DNA from: Paramecium tetraurelia | Lineage: Eukaryota | Assembly (NCBI GenBank): GCA_000165425.1 | Contig: CT868540.1 | Location: 186,001 to 250,000, forward strand | Direction: 5' to 3' | Length of the DNA stretch: 64,000 nucleotides | Shown: positions 42,349 to 55,249 of the stretch, piece after piece | Position numbering within the stretch: position 1 is the first letter of the stretch | Layout of the letters: every line of letters begins with the position of its first letter | Translations under genes and position numbers: made by a program | Notes under the pieces: generated by a model | Database searches by the model: none | Told to the model about the DNA's origin: nothing | Seen by the model: only the letters and a program-made list of their open reading frames with translations

Positions 42349-43290
42349 TCATAATGGTTTTTTAGCTATCAAGGACAATGATTCAACTGTAAATGGAAGA
42401 TTTTAAGTCAATCTATTTGATATTTCTTATTTATATAATGCATAGAATTAATCCACTTATTCTTTTGGAGCTTTATCTAGAATTTCTTTAAATTAGGGGA
42501 AAATGTAATTATCATTAATTTCAAAAAGATCAAACGGAATGGTTTGATTCCAACATACTATTTAAATCAATCATTATTTTATTACTTATATCTTAGAAAC
42601 CATGTTTACTCATAAAATTTATTATATCTTCTCTTGTTTCAATATTAGTTGGTTTAAATGGTATTTCTTTAATTAAACCAGCTTCTATAAAGCATTTAGT
42701 CAATGTTTTCATCATTACATTTCCGGAAGCAACAGGAATTACAATTCCTATTTTGCCTCCAGGCTTGAGTACTCTGAAAGCCTCTTGTATTGCTTAATCT
42801 TTATTCTCTACCAAATGTATCACCATATTTGATATATATATATCAAATTAATTGTTATTCAATTATGGTAATGACTGGACATCTCCCTAAAAAATTTTAT
42901 AGTTATTTTATTCTAACAATGGACAATCTAATGATGATATATCAAAGGTACTTAGATCAGCATTTTCAATTTCTTCAGGGCTGATTTCTGAAATTCCTCC
43001 ATGGAGTGGATTATTTAAAAATTTTAGCATTCTTGCTGCGGCTAGTTTGACCATCTCAATAGAAAAATCACATGCAGCCAATTTACAATTGTTTTTCTTT
43101 TATTGTAGAATATATTAATGTAATTGTCCGCCTGCACATCCTGCATCTAAAATCCTAAAATTATTCATTAGTATTACTCTTCTGCTTCTTCAAATCTCAG
43201 CATATTCATTAAAGACAGTTAAAATGAAGCCGGATTTTTTTAAATGTTTAAATAACTTCTGCTGTAAGCATCCCAAGTGTGGTGATTCAT
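42349..43290 (-). CDS. Class I SAM-dependent methyltransferase, copy A
   Basis: ILDAGCAGG, DFSIEM, GDVQSLP, FDIYISN, EAFRVLKPGG. Two tiny introns. Ends AKKPL-TGA. Confidence 0.88.
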
Positions 43291-43703
43291 GAATTAAAAT
43301 TTTAAGATTTTTGAGTTTGAATTGTTGAATTTAAATTCTAAATTAGTGCGTACTATCTTTTGATGAAATCATTGTAAATATTCAATTTCGTCATTATTTT
43401 ATTACCATATAATTAAAAAGAAATTTCTGAATTCTTAATTATTATTTGCGATTCCTTTCGAATATCAATAATAAATTAAAAAAGATTAGAGAAATATGCA
43501 ATCTCTTTTAAATTCTTAATTAAATACAATCATAGATAAAAATAAGAACTTATCTTCTGAAATTTGATTAAGATTGTAAGATCATAAATGATTAGTATTG
43601 AATCCTGATATTACTAATATAATCTGATTGTATTTTAGATATAATGAGATAATCTCAATTAAACTTATATAACACATTTTTTATTTATAAATTTTTATAA
43701 AGC

Positions 43704-45712
43704 TCATAGCAATAATGTATTAGGATCCTCAATATAATATTTAAATCTTTGTAACCATTATGCACCAACAGCTCCATCAACTACTCTATGATCACAAGAT
43801 AATGTAACATCCATTTAGTTTTCAACCCTTAAAATTATATAATAAATTACTTAGGTTAGCCATTTTCATCAGGAACAAATCTCTTACTTGTTTTTCCGAC
43901 TGCTAAAATAGCTGCTTGAGGTGGATTAATAACAGCAATAAATTAGTCAATGCCAAACATTCCTAGATTTGAAATGGTAAAAGTGCCACCAATAAATTCT
44001 TAAGGTTTAAGTTTATTAGCTTTGGCCTTGTCAGCTAATTCCTTTACAGTTGATGCAATTGTACCAAGTCCTTTGCTGCCTGCGTTAAAAACAATTGGAG
44101 TAATTAGACCAGCATCAGTGGCAACAGCTATGGAGATATCAGCATTTGCAAATTTTCTAATATATGTTCCATGCCATTATGAATTAGCTTATGGGATATC
44201 TTTCAATGCCAAAGCACTCGCCTTGATTATGAAATCATTGACAGAAATTTTAACTTTTTATAGTTTATTTAATTCTTCTCGCACTCTTTTAATAATAAAA
44301 TAGATGTTACTTTAAGACTTTATCCATGGTAACTGTCATAGTTAAGTAATAGTGAGGTATTGTTGTTTTTGATTCTAACAATCTAGCAGCAATTGTTAAT
44401 CTCATATTAGTAAGCTCTGTGTCAATATATGGATTGCCTTCAATAGCAACTGGTTTTGAAGGAGTTGCTGGTTTAGTTTATTATTTAGCTTCAGCAGGAG
44501 GAGTTGTTTATTAAATTGGTTGTTCTGAAGAAATAGCCTATGTTTATTTTGATTATTTAAGGAGTTGAAACAGCTTATTATTATACTTCAGGTTTCGATC
44601 CAGATTAAAGAAATCTCTCAACATCTTTTTTCACAATGCTTCCTTCTATACCAGTACCTTTTACATACTCTAAAGCAACATTATTCTTTTTTGCGAACTC
44701 TTTAGCGAGTGGTGAAACAAATATTCTCTAACCAGATTAAGAAACTGTTTATATTGGTGTATCACTATTGGTAGATTATTATTATTCTTATGCTGGTTGG
44801 GCTTAAGTAGTTTTAGCAGGTGCAGCAGCACCATCAAGAGTATAATTAGCAAAGCTAGATACATTATCCTTCTTTGGAGTTGAGATTGCCAATATCTAAA
44901 ATTAAATTATAATTTACAGTTCCTAATTTGATATCTTTACTTCCAGCTGGTACCATTAATTTTGCAATGTAACCTTCCTCTTGAACTTCAAATCCAACAG
45001 TAGCTTTGTCTGTTTCAATCTCGCAAATTACATCACCAGGACTTATCTAATCCCCTTCCTTAACAAGCCATTTCATTAAATTTCCCTTTTCCATAGTTGG
45101 GGATAAAGCTGGAAGTCCTAATTTGGAGTGTTTAGGAAGTGCACCTCCTGTGGGTCTAGATGCTGCTTGTTAAGGTGGCGGTGTTTATTATGGTGGAGAG
45201 GCTGGCTTTGAAGCAGCTTAACTTTACTCAGGTTATTTATTTGGCGAATCTTTGAAATTTGCAAATGCTGCCACATCTGATTACTTTGGAACAATTACTG
45301 CAACTAATTACCCAACTTTGACTCCCTTTGAGCCTAATTTAATTTATTTAATATTATTTACCTTCGGGGACAAGGATTTGAGCTAAGAATCCTTCATCTT
45401 GCATTTCAAATCCTACGGTTGCTTTATCAGTCTCAACCTCACAGAGTACATCGCCTGCTGTAATTGGGTCACCTATTTTCTTTAAGTACTTCTAAATATT
45501 GCCTGTCTCCATTGTTGGCGATCTACAATTATATTACTTCTAAAATACAGAGCAGGCATTTCTAATTTCTTATGCTTTGGCAAGGATGTAGAGAAATAAC
45601 TAACAGGAATGTTAGTAAAAAGAGGTCCTCTTATTGACAATGTTTGAAGAGGTGTACAATGCAATAATTTTGGTCTAAAGACTTACATCACTCTTAAGGC
45701 ATGCTTTAACAT
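43704..45712 (-). CDS. DLAT: Pyruvate dehydrogenase E2 (dihydrolipoamide acetyltransferase) with two lipoyl domains
   Basis: Mitochondrial-type leader, two lipoyl domains ([16 protein letters not shown] and [16 protein letters not shown]), E3-binding motif [18 protein letters not shown], catalytic [13 protein letters not shown] and DHRVVDGA. Confidence 0.96.
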
Positions 45713-46004
45713 TTTAATTTAATTAATATAATGCACATTAGAATAGGTGGCTGTATTGTTATTGATATTACATATCAATGCATTTCTGTATTAAATTATT
45801 TGATGCACAATTCGATTTCATAATTTTTATTTCTCAATCAAGTTAAAAGACTATACGTTCACAAATTAATCAAAATAGCATCCTTATATAGAATCTATCC
45901 GATTCACGCAATTAAGGATTTAATAACTTCAAAATATAATAATCAGTAAGAAAAAATTTCATTAATTTTATTGTGACAAACTTAAATTATGAGAAAATAT
46001 TGAA

Positions 46005-46896
46005 TCAAACTTTAGAATTAAGTCTATGAAGCCGTATAATTTATTAATCTAATTAAAGTGTGCTACTTCTCTCATCCGATACAAGAATTTATATTATTTG
46101 AAGAGTCTTCTTTATTTTCTCTGTTATTTTTTCATCTTGCTATTAATCAACGACTGCTTTATTCAAATAATTCAGTGAATATCTTAGAAAATCTTATGAA
46201 AGAGTAAATTTGCTATGGAATATTTTTTAAAATTCCTCCTCTTTCAACAATATAGGATATTTATTCTTTATCTCCCTTTCTAATTCAAAATAATCATTTT
46301 GGCAACTAACAAATATTACTTTTTTCTACTATTTAGATTATTCCTCTAAATAAGCCAAATAGTAAATGTTCACAAGCTTTAGATAAATAAAAGCTAACTT
46401 AATCTCTTTCCCATTTAGAATTAATTAATATACTTTATAAAAATAATTAACCAAATCTAACAAAGAAATAGTTTTATTATTTGAACTAGTATTATTAGGA
46501 TTAGGATTGTTGTTTGTATTATTCTTATTATTATTATTAGTATTAATATTATTATTATTGTTGTTGTTATTAATCAGATTAATTTATGATGGATATTAAG
46601 GAGTTTTTAACGGAAATTTCTTTACATCAGAGTTTTAAGTATTTTACTACTAATTTTATTATGATGGAATATAATTAACTTATGATGTTATATTCCTTTA
46701 ATTAATATTATTTAGTTATTGCAATAGTTTTTTCCTCTTAGCACTTGAATTGCTATTTTTAGTACTTCTTCTATGTTCATCTTATGAATTGTTGTCTCTT
46801 GTATTTTTTTAGTTATCAGGAGTAGATTGAATATCCTAAATAGGAGTTTAATTTGATTATGAATTAGAATTAATATTGCTATCATTATTATTGGTC

Positions 46897-46938
<42 letters not shown>

Positions 46939-47984
46939 GGTATTTAAACGATTGTTTCTTTTTCATCCTAGTTTAATAGTTCTTGTTTTATTTTAATTTG
47001 ATTTTCATTTAATTTTATCTATTCATCAACATTTCTTGGTTCAAGTAAAGAAACAGTGTCACCGGCTGTAAATCTTTGATTTGGATCTATTCTAATTAAG
47101 TATTAGATTAAGGCTTAAATCTTCTTAGAAACCCCAGTGTTTGGAAAAGCTAATTTACCATGTTCTTTAAACTTTAATAATGTATTTTTCAATATATCAT
47201 TGTTGTCAGAATAAAATGGAGATAATCCATAGACCATCTCATATAAAACACAACCTAAAGACCACATATCTGCTTAGCAATTTATCTCATTATCGAAGAG
47301 AACTTCTGGTGCCATATATAGAGGAGTGCCTATTATAAACGTTTATTAAGCCTAATCTATTTTCTATGCAAATCCAAAGTCTGCTAAAACACATCTATCT
47401 GATAGTAATATGTTTGCAGATTTTATATCTCCATGCACTAGTGATATTTGAATGCACACTTACTTATATTATGCTAATGAATATTTTGTAAAGCCTTTGC
47501 AATTTGTAGAGTATATTGTAGTGCCTCTTCTTCTGAAATTAGAGATCGTTATAATTTTTGTAAAAGATCACCTATCAATTTATAGAGATTTATTACCTTT
47601 GTTGCAAAATTCAGTCACTAAAAATGCAGTTTTATTGTTTTGATTATGATATAACAGTTTAAGTATGTGAGGAGAATCCAAAAGTTTAAGAGTGTTGATT
47701 TCGTTTTCAATCATGTAACTTTGAATTGGGTTGTTAGGTTGGATCGTTATCACTTTAACCGCCACTACTTTGTTTGGCTTATTCTACTCATATCCTTTAT
47801 ACACAACAGAATATTATCCTTTTCCAATAATTTAGGAGCAATCAAATACATAAGGACCAGTCTAATTAATATTAGTTCTTACAGACATTAAAAGAGACTA
47901 CTTACGTGGAAGATGTAAGTTTACTTGAGTAGGAGGAGATTTCACTCTTTCTTATGGACTTAAAAATCTAGCACGTCTTATCAT
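46005..47984 (-). CDS. Ser/Thr protein kinase (ULK/ATG1-like) with polyQ linker
   Basis: GKGQYSVVYKG, VAVK, TEFCNKG, HGDIKSANI, DFGFA, GTPLYMAPE, DMWSLG. Q-rich middle. Confidence 0.88.
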
Positions 47985-48324
47985 GAATTATTATTAAATT
48001 AATATAATTATCGAAAATTTGAATTCACTTCTCCTATGCAAAATTCAGTTATTTATGCTCGTGTTACAAATTAAATTTTAATAAATTTATTCAATTCCAG
48101 TTCATAATTTTGGATATATTCTATTATAAAAAAGTCGAGATTTACTCAGTACTTTTATGTTTTCCGATAAATCACATTTGTATTACAAAAATCTTAATTT
48201 GTTTTATTCTTGATTAATAAGTTCATATTTTATGAAAAATTAAATTAATAGTAAAATAATTTAAGCGGATTCATTATTTCTATATAAATATTTTGCTTTT
48301 TCTATTAAATATCTTTAACAATTT

Positions 48325-49270
48325 ATGAATCAACCTCAAGTTTGGGATGCATATAGTAAAAGTTATCATAATATTGAAAAAAATCCAGCAGGATTTCAAT
48401 TTTCTTTGCTCAACATGTTGAGATTGAATGAAGCAGATGAGTAAACCATATTATAATAAACAAGAATTCTCGATGCTGGTTGTGCTGGAGGACATTTGCA
48501 TTAATATATTTTATAGTAAAGAAAACAAAAATGCAGATTAACAGCATTTGACTTTTCTCTTGAAATGACGAAAATTGCAGCAGCTAGAATGATAAAATAT
48601 TTTAATAATCCTTTACATGGTTAAATTGAAGATATTAGTCCATAAGAAATTGAAAATGCAGATATAAGTATTTTTGAGACTCATCATATAGATTGCCCAT
48701 TATTAGAAAAAAACAACTATAAAATCTTTTAAGGAGATGTGTAATCATTGCCATAATTGAATGAAAATTAATTTGATATTTATATTTCAAATTTAGTATT
48801 ACAATTAGTGGGAAATAAAGATTAAGCTGTTTAGGAGGCCTTTAGAATTATAAAGCCCGGAGGTAAAATAGGAATTGTGATTCCTGTTGTATAAGGCAAT
48901 GCTCCAATGTTATCCTTATAGTAATGCTTTATAAAAGCTGGTTTAATACCAAATAATGCATATAAACCTACTGAATTAGAAAATCGAGAAGGATTAATAA
49001 ATTTTATGAATAAACATGGTTTTAAGGATATAAGTAATAATATAATAATTCATTTAAATAGTATGTTGGAATCAAACAATTCCGTTTGATCTTTTAGATA
49101 TTGATAATAATTACATTTTCCCATAATTTAGAGAAATTCTAGAAAAAGCTCCAAAAGAACAAGTGGATTAATTCTATGCATTATTTAAATAAGAAATATA
49201 AAATAGATTGACTTAAAATCTTCCATTTACAGTTGAAGCATTGTCTTTGATAGCAAAAAAACCATTATGA
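48325..49270 (+). CDS. Class I SAM-dependent methyltransferase, copy B
   Basis: Same motifs and intron positions as copy A (LDAGCAGG, EAFRIIKPGG). Ends AKKPL-TGA. Confidence 0.88.
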
Positions 49271-51544
49271 TTCATTCATCATATCATTTATTATAAATAT
49301 TAATTATTTTTATAACTAAAGGACAAAATAATCAAATATCATCCTTTAATTTGTTGATAACTCCAGATTATAAGGTTTACAAAGTATGTTAATTGTTTGA
49401 TATTACATATCAATGTTTTGGCTTTGGCAATTATTCCTAGGAGATTTTACTTTAGATTTCATTAATATTTTTACCTGAATATTACTATTAAATGTAATAA
49501 ACCAAAAAATATTATAAACCCAGATAATAAAAAATATAAATATTTGGAAATGAAAAGTTATCCTCGGTATCCTGGTTAGATTAACCTATCATGATTGTGT
49601 TTTCTTTGAATCAAAAATAGCTCCATTTTATCTAGATTAATGCAATATACCAACTTAAAGAATTAGTTTCCTAAAATCGAGTATTGGCTATGTTGGAATA
49701 CACCTAAAAGACATTTTTATTCATTGTCTAAATATTTAGGGTTTAGGGGAAGATTAAAAAATTGGGTAATCCATTGAATGAAATTTTAATTTTTGGAATC
49801 TTATCAACAAACTCTGGTTTTGAAAATAGACACATTAATCTCTTATTGTCAATTGAGCAGAACTTAGATGTAATAGAATAGTTTACCAAGCTTTAATGGT
49901 TTTTTATTTAAGATATTATCTATTTAATGACATCTTAAGTAAAATAATTGTATTTAGTTGTTAAATCAAATTTAATAAATTCATTATCCTCTTTCTTAAG
50001 AAATTAAATATCTTTAAATTACTATTGATATTATTTTTTTCATCGACCGTGAGCTTAATTTTAATAAGCTATCGATTTTTAGAGTTAATAGCTGACTAAT
50101 AAAATATATTTTATTTTTTAAGAGATTCTTTTAGTTTTGTTAAACTCAATGATATTACTGATTAGAAATATCAAAGGATTGAAAAAATCTAAAATTTATC
50201 TAATGAATTTTGATATAACATCATATTCTTATTTTATATCATAAATAAGTATTCTTTTTTAGATATGATGCATTTATTTGAGTTTTACAATGCCATTGTT
50301 TGAAAATTCGAAAGCATCTGCCAACCATCTGTTTCTTTAAAATCGAATTATTAAATAGATGCTAGACAATTAATACATAAACATAAATTGTTATTTGTTA
50401 AATTTTTGGAATATATCCAAGAATAAGAATCATAATCAACTCACTTGACTTAAACAACCAGAAATATACCCTACCTTCGAATGAAAACAAAAATTATAGT
50501 AATATTTTATTGATATTGTAAATTATTATTTAATAGTCTGAACCAGAAATTTTTAAAGAACCTATGAAACTATATACATATTAATAATTAAAGAGTAAAG
50601 ATTTATTTATTCTGCATTGATTAATGTGGCTGATAAGAATAAAAACATTGATAAAGTTAAGAATAATTGATTAAATTATAAAAGATTAAGTGGTTGTAAG
50701 CAGGAAAAGAAGATGAATACAATGTATTAAATAAAATTTAAAGAACATATTTTGGCCAATTTTGAAATAAATTTTGATGAGCAAATGATTTGTGATTAAT
50801 TCAAAAAAGACATGGATAATTGTTAAAGTATATTGTAATATAGGTATAAATAATTTCGATAATTCTTGATAAATAAAAATAAATACATAAACCATTTACA
50901 GGTTCGAGCAATCATTGGATCTCGGTAATATCTTTGATTAGGCAAACTTCTTTTTTGAGACAGTTTGGTTCTACTCTCCCATCTTATATTTATAAATCAA
51001 TTATTGACTTTTTTGACAAATCGAAGTTAGAACTAATAATTTTCTTTGGTTTCGAGTGTTGTTCTTCTCTTAATTGGAAGAAATCTTAAACGTTTCCTGA
51101 TAACCTTTTTCCTCAAGCCTGGATACCTATGTCGTTTTATCTTACTTTAGCTTGTATAATTTTTCTCTTCCTTTTGATGTAATATATGGAAAGAGTCCAG
51201 CATTACTCTATCAATCATCTTCACTCTAATAATATTTATCTTAACAAATACACCCTCAAAGGCGTGATTGAAAAAACCCATTATTTATTGATATCCTTTA
51301 ATTATTTCATGTTTTAGTTACAAATCATAAAGCGTTTCTTCCCTAAATCAATCAAACAGGCTAGAGAATCAAACGATTATAGCATTTATCAATTTAGGGT
51401 AAAGTTATACTTACTACCTTAATTTCAATCATCTTAAATATTAAGAGCGTGACCTTCTTTGAATATCAAAACATCAGATAGCATTTTTATTTAAAGAATA
51501 AATTTAAAATAAAGTGATAGAAATTCAATATTATTTTATAAAAA

Positions 51545-54500
51545 ATGAATTTCACTCATAAGAATTAAAAAGATTTGTGTGAGGTTTTAGCATCATTAAA
51601 GGATTTTGATGAGTTAATTTTTAGCGTGATATTTGAAATATTAAAAAAGTGGAAAATAAAAGACTGTTTAGAATTTCTCTCATAAGTTGAAAATCAAAGT
51701 CACCTCTAATAATGTATTTTACAAGAAGAAAATTTATCGAATGATGGGAATGAATATCAGTTAAATATTGCAAACAATATAATTCAAAGAATTACTGATG
51801 TTATCAAAAAATAATAGATCATGATTTTAATAATTGTAATTACTCCTAAGAAGAATACAGAACAATGAGAAAAGACCTTATTTAATAAATATCCAAGGAT
51901 AAGAAGATTATTGAATTCTTAAAATTTCTAGTTCACCTTACAAGTTTAGATGATAGATTAATATAATGTGGTTCAAATTCACTTAATTTGTTGGTGGAAA
52001 TGAAGGTTGATTTAAGGGGCATATGTTTTGAAAATATTAAGATTAAGGATACATCTTTGATTAATGCTAATTTTGTAAATTGTAACTTGAGCGGATCTTA
52101 ATTCGAAAATATAGATGCAAGCGGAATGAATTTAAATAGAACAAAATTATTTAATTGTAAATGGAAGAACATAAAAATGCCTGAGCTGAATTAGTTTGAA
52201 GGTCTTAGTAACTATGCTAATTCAGCCTGTATCTCTCCTGATAGTACTACAATAGTAACTGGTTACTAAAATGGGTCCATTCGTTTATGGGATATTAAGA
52301 CAGGATAATAAAAAGCAAAATTAAACAGTCATGCTAGTGGTATAAGTTCATTCTGCTTCTCTCCTTATGGAACTCTATTGGCATCAAGTAGTCAGTATGA
52401 GTGTATCCGAGTATGGTGTATGAAGACAAGAAAGATCGTACTAAAATTATAAGGATATAATCCACTTGGAATTTCCATATGCTTTTGTGAAAATGGCACT
52501 TTATTAGGATCAGGTGGAGATACATCTATTCTTTTATGGAGCGCTAAGACAGGAAGATTAAGAGCCAAATTAAATGGCCATACAAGTAGGGTCAATTCAG
52601 TATGCTTCTCACCTGATAATATTACATTAGCATCTGGCAGCACAGATCATTCTATCCGTTTATGGGATGTTACGACAGGATAATAAAAAGCGAAATTAGA
52701 TGGTCATAATGATAGTGTCTATTCAATATGTTTTTCACCTCATGGCTCTACATTTGCATCTGGTAGCGGAGATTGCTCAATTCGTTTATGGGATGTCAAG
52801 ACAGTTTCATTAATAGCAACAATAAATGGTCATAGTAATTAGGTCCTTTCAGTGTGCTTCTCACCTGATGGTATTACATTAGCATCAGGCAGTGCAGATC
52901 ATTTTATCTGCCTATGGAATATTAAAACAGGATAATAAAATGCCAAATTAGATGGTCATACTAGTGGGGTTTCTTCGGTCTGTTTCTCTCATGATGGTAC
53001 TATATTAGCATCTGGTAGTTCAGACGAGTCTATCCGTTTATGGGATGTTAAGACATGCCAATAAGCAGCAAAATAGGATGGCCATAGTGATAGTGTAAAT
53101 TCAATCTGCTTCTCACCAGACGGCTCTACCTTTGCATCCGGTAGTTCAGATTCTTCTATCTGTTTATGGGATATTGACACAGGGAAATAAAAAGCAAAAT
53201 TAAGTGGTCATACTAATTGTGTTAATTCAGTTTGTTTCTCTCCTGATGGTAGTACATTAGCGTCTGGTAGTAATGATGATTTCATAAGTTTATGGGATAT
53301 TAAAACAGGATAATAAAAGGCCAAATTAATTGGTCACACTAATTTTATCAAATCAGTATGTTTCTCTCCTGATGGTACTATAATAGCATCCGGTAGTGGA
53401 GATTGCTCTATTCGTTTATGGGATGTTAAGACAGGATGTTAAAAAGCCAAACTAGATGGCCACATAATGTGTGTCAATTCATTATACTTTTCTCCTTATG
53501 GCTTTAAATTAGTATCTGGTAGTGCAGATGGTTCTATCCGTTTATGGGATGTTAAGACAGAATGCTAAAAAGTCATTTTAGAAAATGTTGGGATTTGTGT
53601 CCATTCAGTATGTTACTCGCCTTAAGGTACTACATTTGCATCTGGTAGTGAAGATAGCTTTATTCGTTTATGGAATGCTAAGACAGGATAATTGAATGCC
53701 AAACTATACGGTCATAGGATGAGTGTCTATACAGTATATTTTTCTCTTGATGGCTTTGTATTAGTATCTGGTAGTGCAGATTATTCTATTCGTTTATGGA
53801 ACGTTGGAACTCAAAGTCTAATCGCCAGACTAGATGGTCATAGTAATTGCGTCAATTCAGTATGTTTCTCTCCATATGTTAATATATTTGCAACTTGTAG
53901 TAAAGATAACTCTATCCGTTTATATTAATATAGGATTAAAAAATTAAAAAAAATATTGACTTAGAACGATGAGACTATCCGATCAGTGTGTCTTTCTCCT
54001 GATGGTATTACTTTAGCATTTGGTAGTCTTGATTGTTCGATTCGCTTATGTGATATTACTGGAAAATAAAAAGCACAATTCAATGGTCATACTTGGATTG
54101 TTGCTTCATTATGTTTTTCTCCTAATGGTACTACGTTAGCATCTGGTAGTTGGGATAAGACTATCCGTTTATGGGATTTGTTGTAAGGATTAGAAAAAGC
54201 GAAATTAGATGGCCATAGCGATTATGTATCTTCAGTCTGCTTCTCCCAAGATGGTAATACTTTAGCTTCTGGTAGTTACGATAAGTCGATCCGTTTATGG
54301 AATGTTAAGGCAAGGCAATAAAAAGCAATCCTATTTGGTCATTAAGATGCAGTTTAATCAGTATGTTTCCTTTCAGATGGAATTACATTAGTGTCTGGTA
54401 GCACTGATCACACTATTCGTTTATGGGATGTTAAGACAGGGCAATAAAATAAATAGTTAAATGGTCATGATGATTCTGTCCAATCAGTGTGTCTCTCTCC

Positions 54501-55070
54501 TGATGGTTCTATTTTAGCATCTGGCGGTGGAGATTATACTATCTGTTTATGGGATGTATAGAGAGGGCAATAAAAAGCTAAGTTAAATGGTCATAACAAT
54601 TGTGTCAATTAAGTATGTTTCTCTCCTGATGCTAATACATTAGCATCATGTAGCTACGATGCAACTATCCGTTTATGGGATGTTAAGACAGGCCAATAAA
54701 AAGCAAAATTAAATTGTTATTTTCATTGTGTCTATTCAGTATGCTTCCTTTCTGATGGTTTTAAATTAGCATCTGGTGGTAATAAAGACAATATTTATAT
54801 TTTGGATATTAAGACAGCTATATTGGATAGTAAATATAAAAATACCTTAAAATAGATTAAAAAATCACTTTTAAAGAATTAATAATTAAATAAACGTATT
54901 TATTTTCAATCTATATAGCTCTCTTTAAAAATGCATTACTTGTAATATCAAAAAATCCTTGTTTAGAAGCATAAGGTGCTTTAATCTTTAAAGGAGAATT
55001 TTTCAATCATTAAGGAGTAGATTTAAGATCATTGTTCAAATATAAAGGGAGTTTAAATTTTGATAATTGA
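51545..55070 (+). pseudogene. Pentapeptide-repeat + ~21 WD40 protein with an apparent 1-nt frameshift (pseudogene or assembly error)
   Basis: The frame from ATG 51545 shifts at the A6 run 51806-51811. The downstream frame has CGSNSLNLLVEMKVDL, pentapeptide-like ANFVNCNLSGSQF, WD40 repeats and the tail LEAQGALIFKGEF. If translation starts at ATG 51865, an intact shorter CDS remains. Confidence 0.6.
52200..54840 (+). repeat. About 21 tandem 126-bp WD40 coding repeats
   Basis: Recurring [35 protein letters not shown], with high nucleotide similarity between units. Confidence 0.92.
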
Positions 55071-55249
55071 ATAGAGTTATAATAGAAAGAAAATTGATTA
55101 TATCAAAGTATATTGTAATTTAAAATATCATTTTTAAATAATTTTTTTTGCTTTCGAAAATGAATTAATTAATAAAATATTTTATAATATCTTTTGTAAT
55201 TTGCTTTCTATCTACTCAAAAATAAATCTAAAAGTAAATCATTAAATTT

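Noticed and set aside
46712..46966. Poly-Asn ORF in the track
   Set aside because: Frame-shifted reading of the kinase polyQ (TAA)n linker.
51806..51814. AAA-TAA motif suggesting Euplotes-type programmed frameshifting
   Set aside because: TAA is Gln in this genome, AAA-TAA occurs in many normal genes here, and the shift required is -1/+2 rather than +1.
52200..54840. Regular repeat array resembling CRISPR or satellite DNA
   Set aside because: The 126-bp period translates to WD40 repeats, with no repeat-spacer structure and no cas genes.
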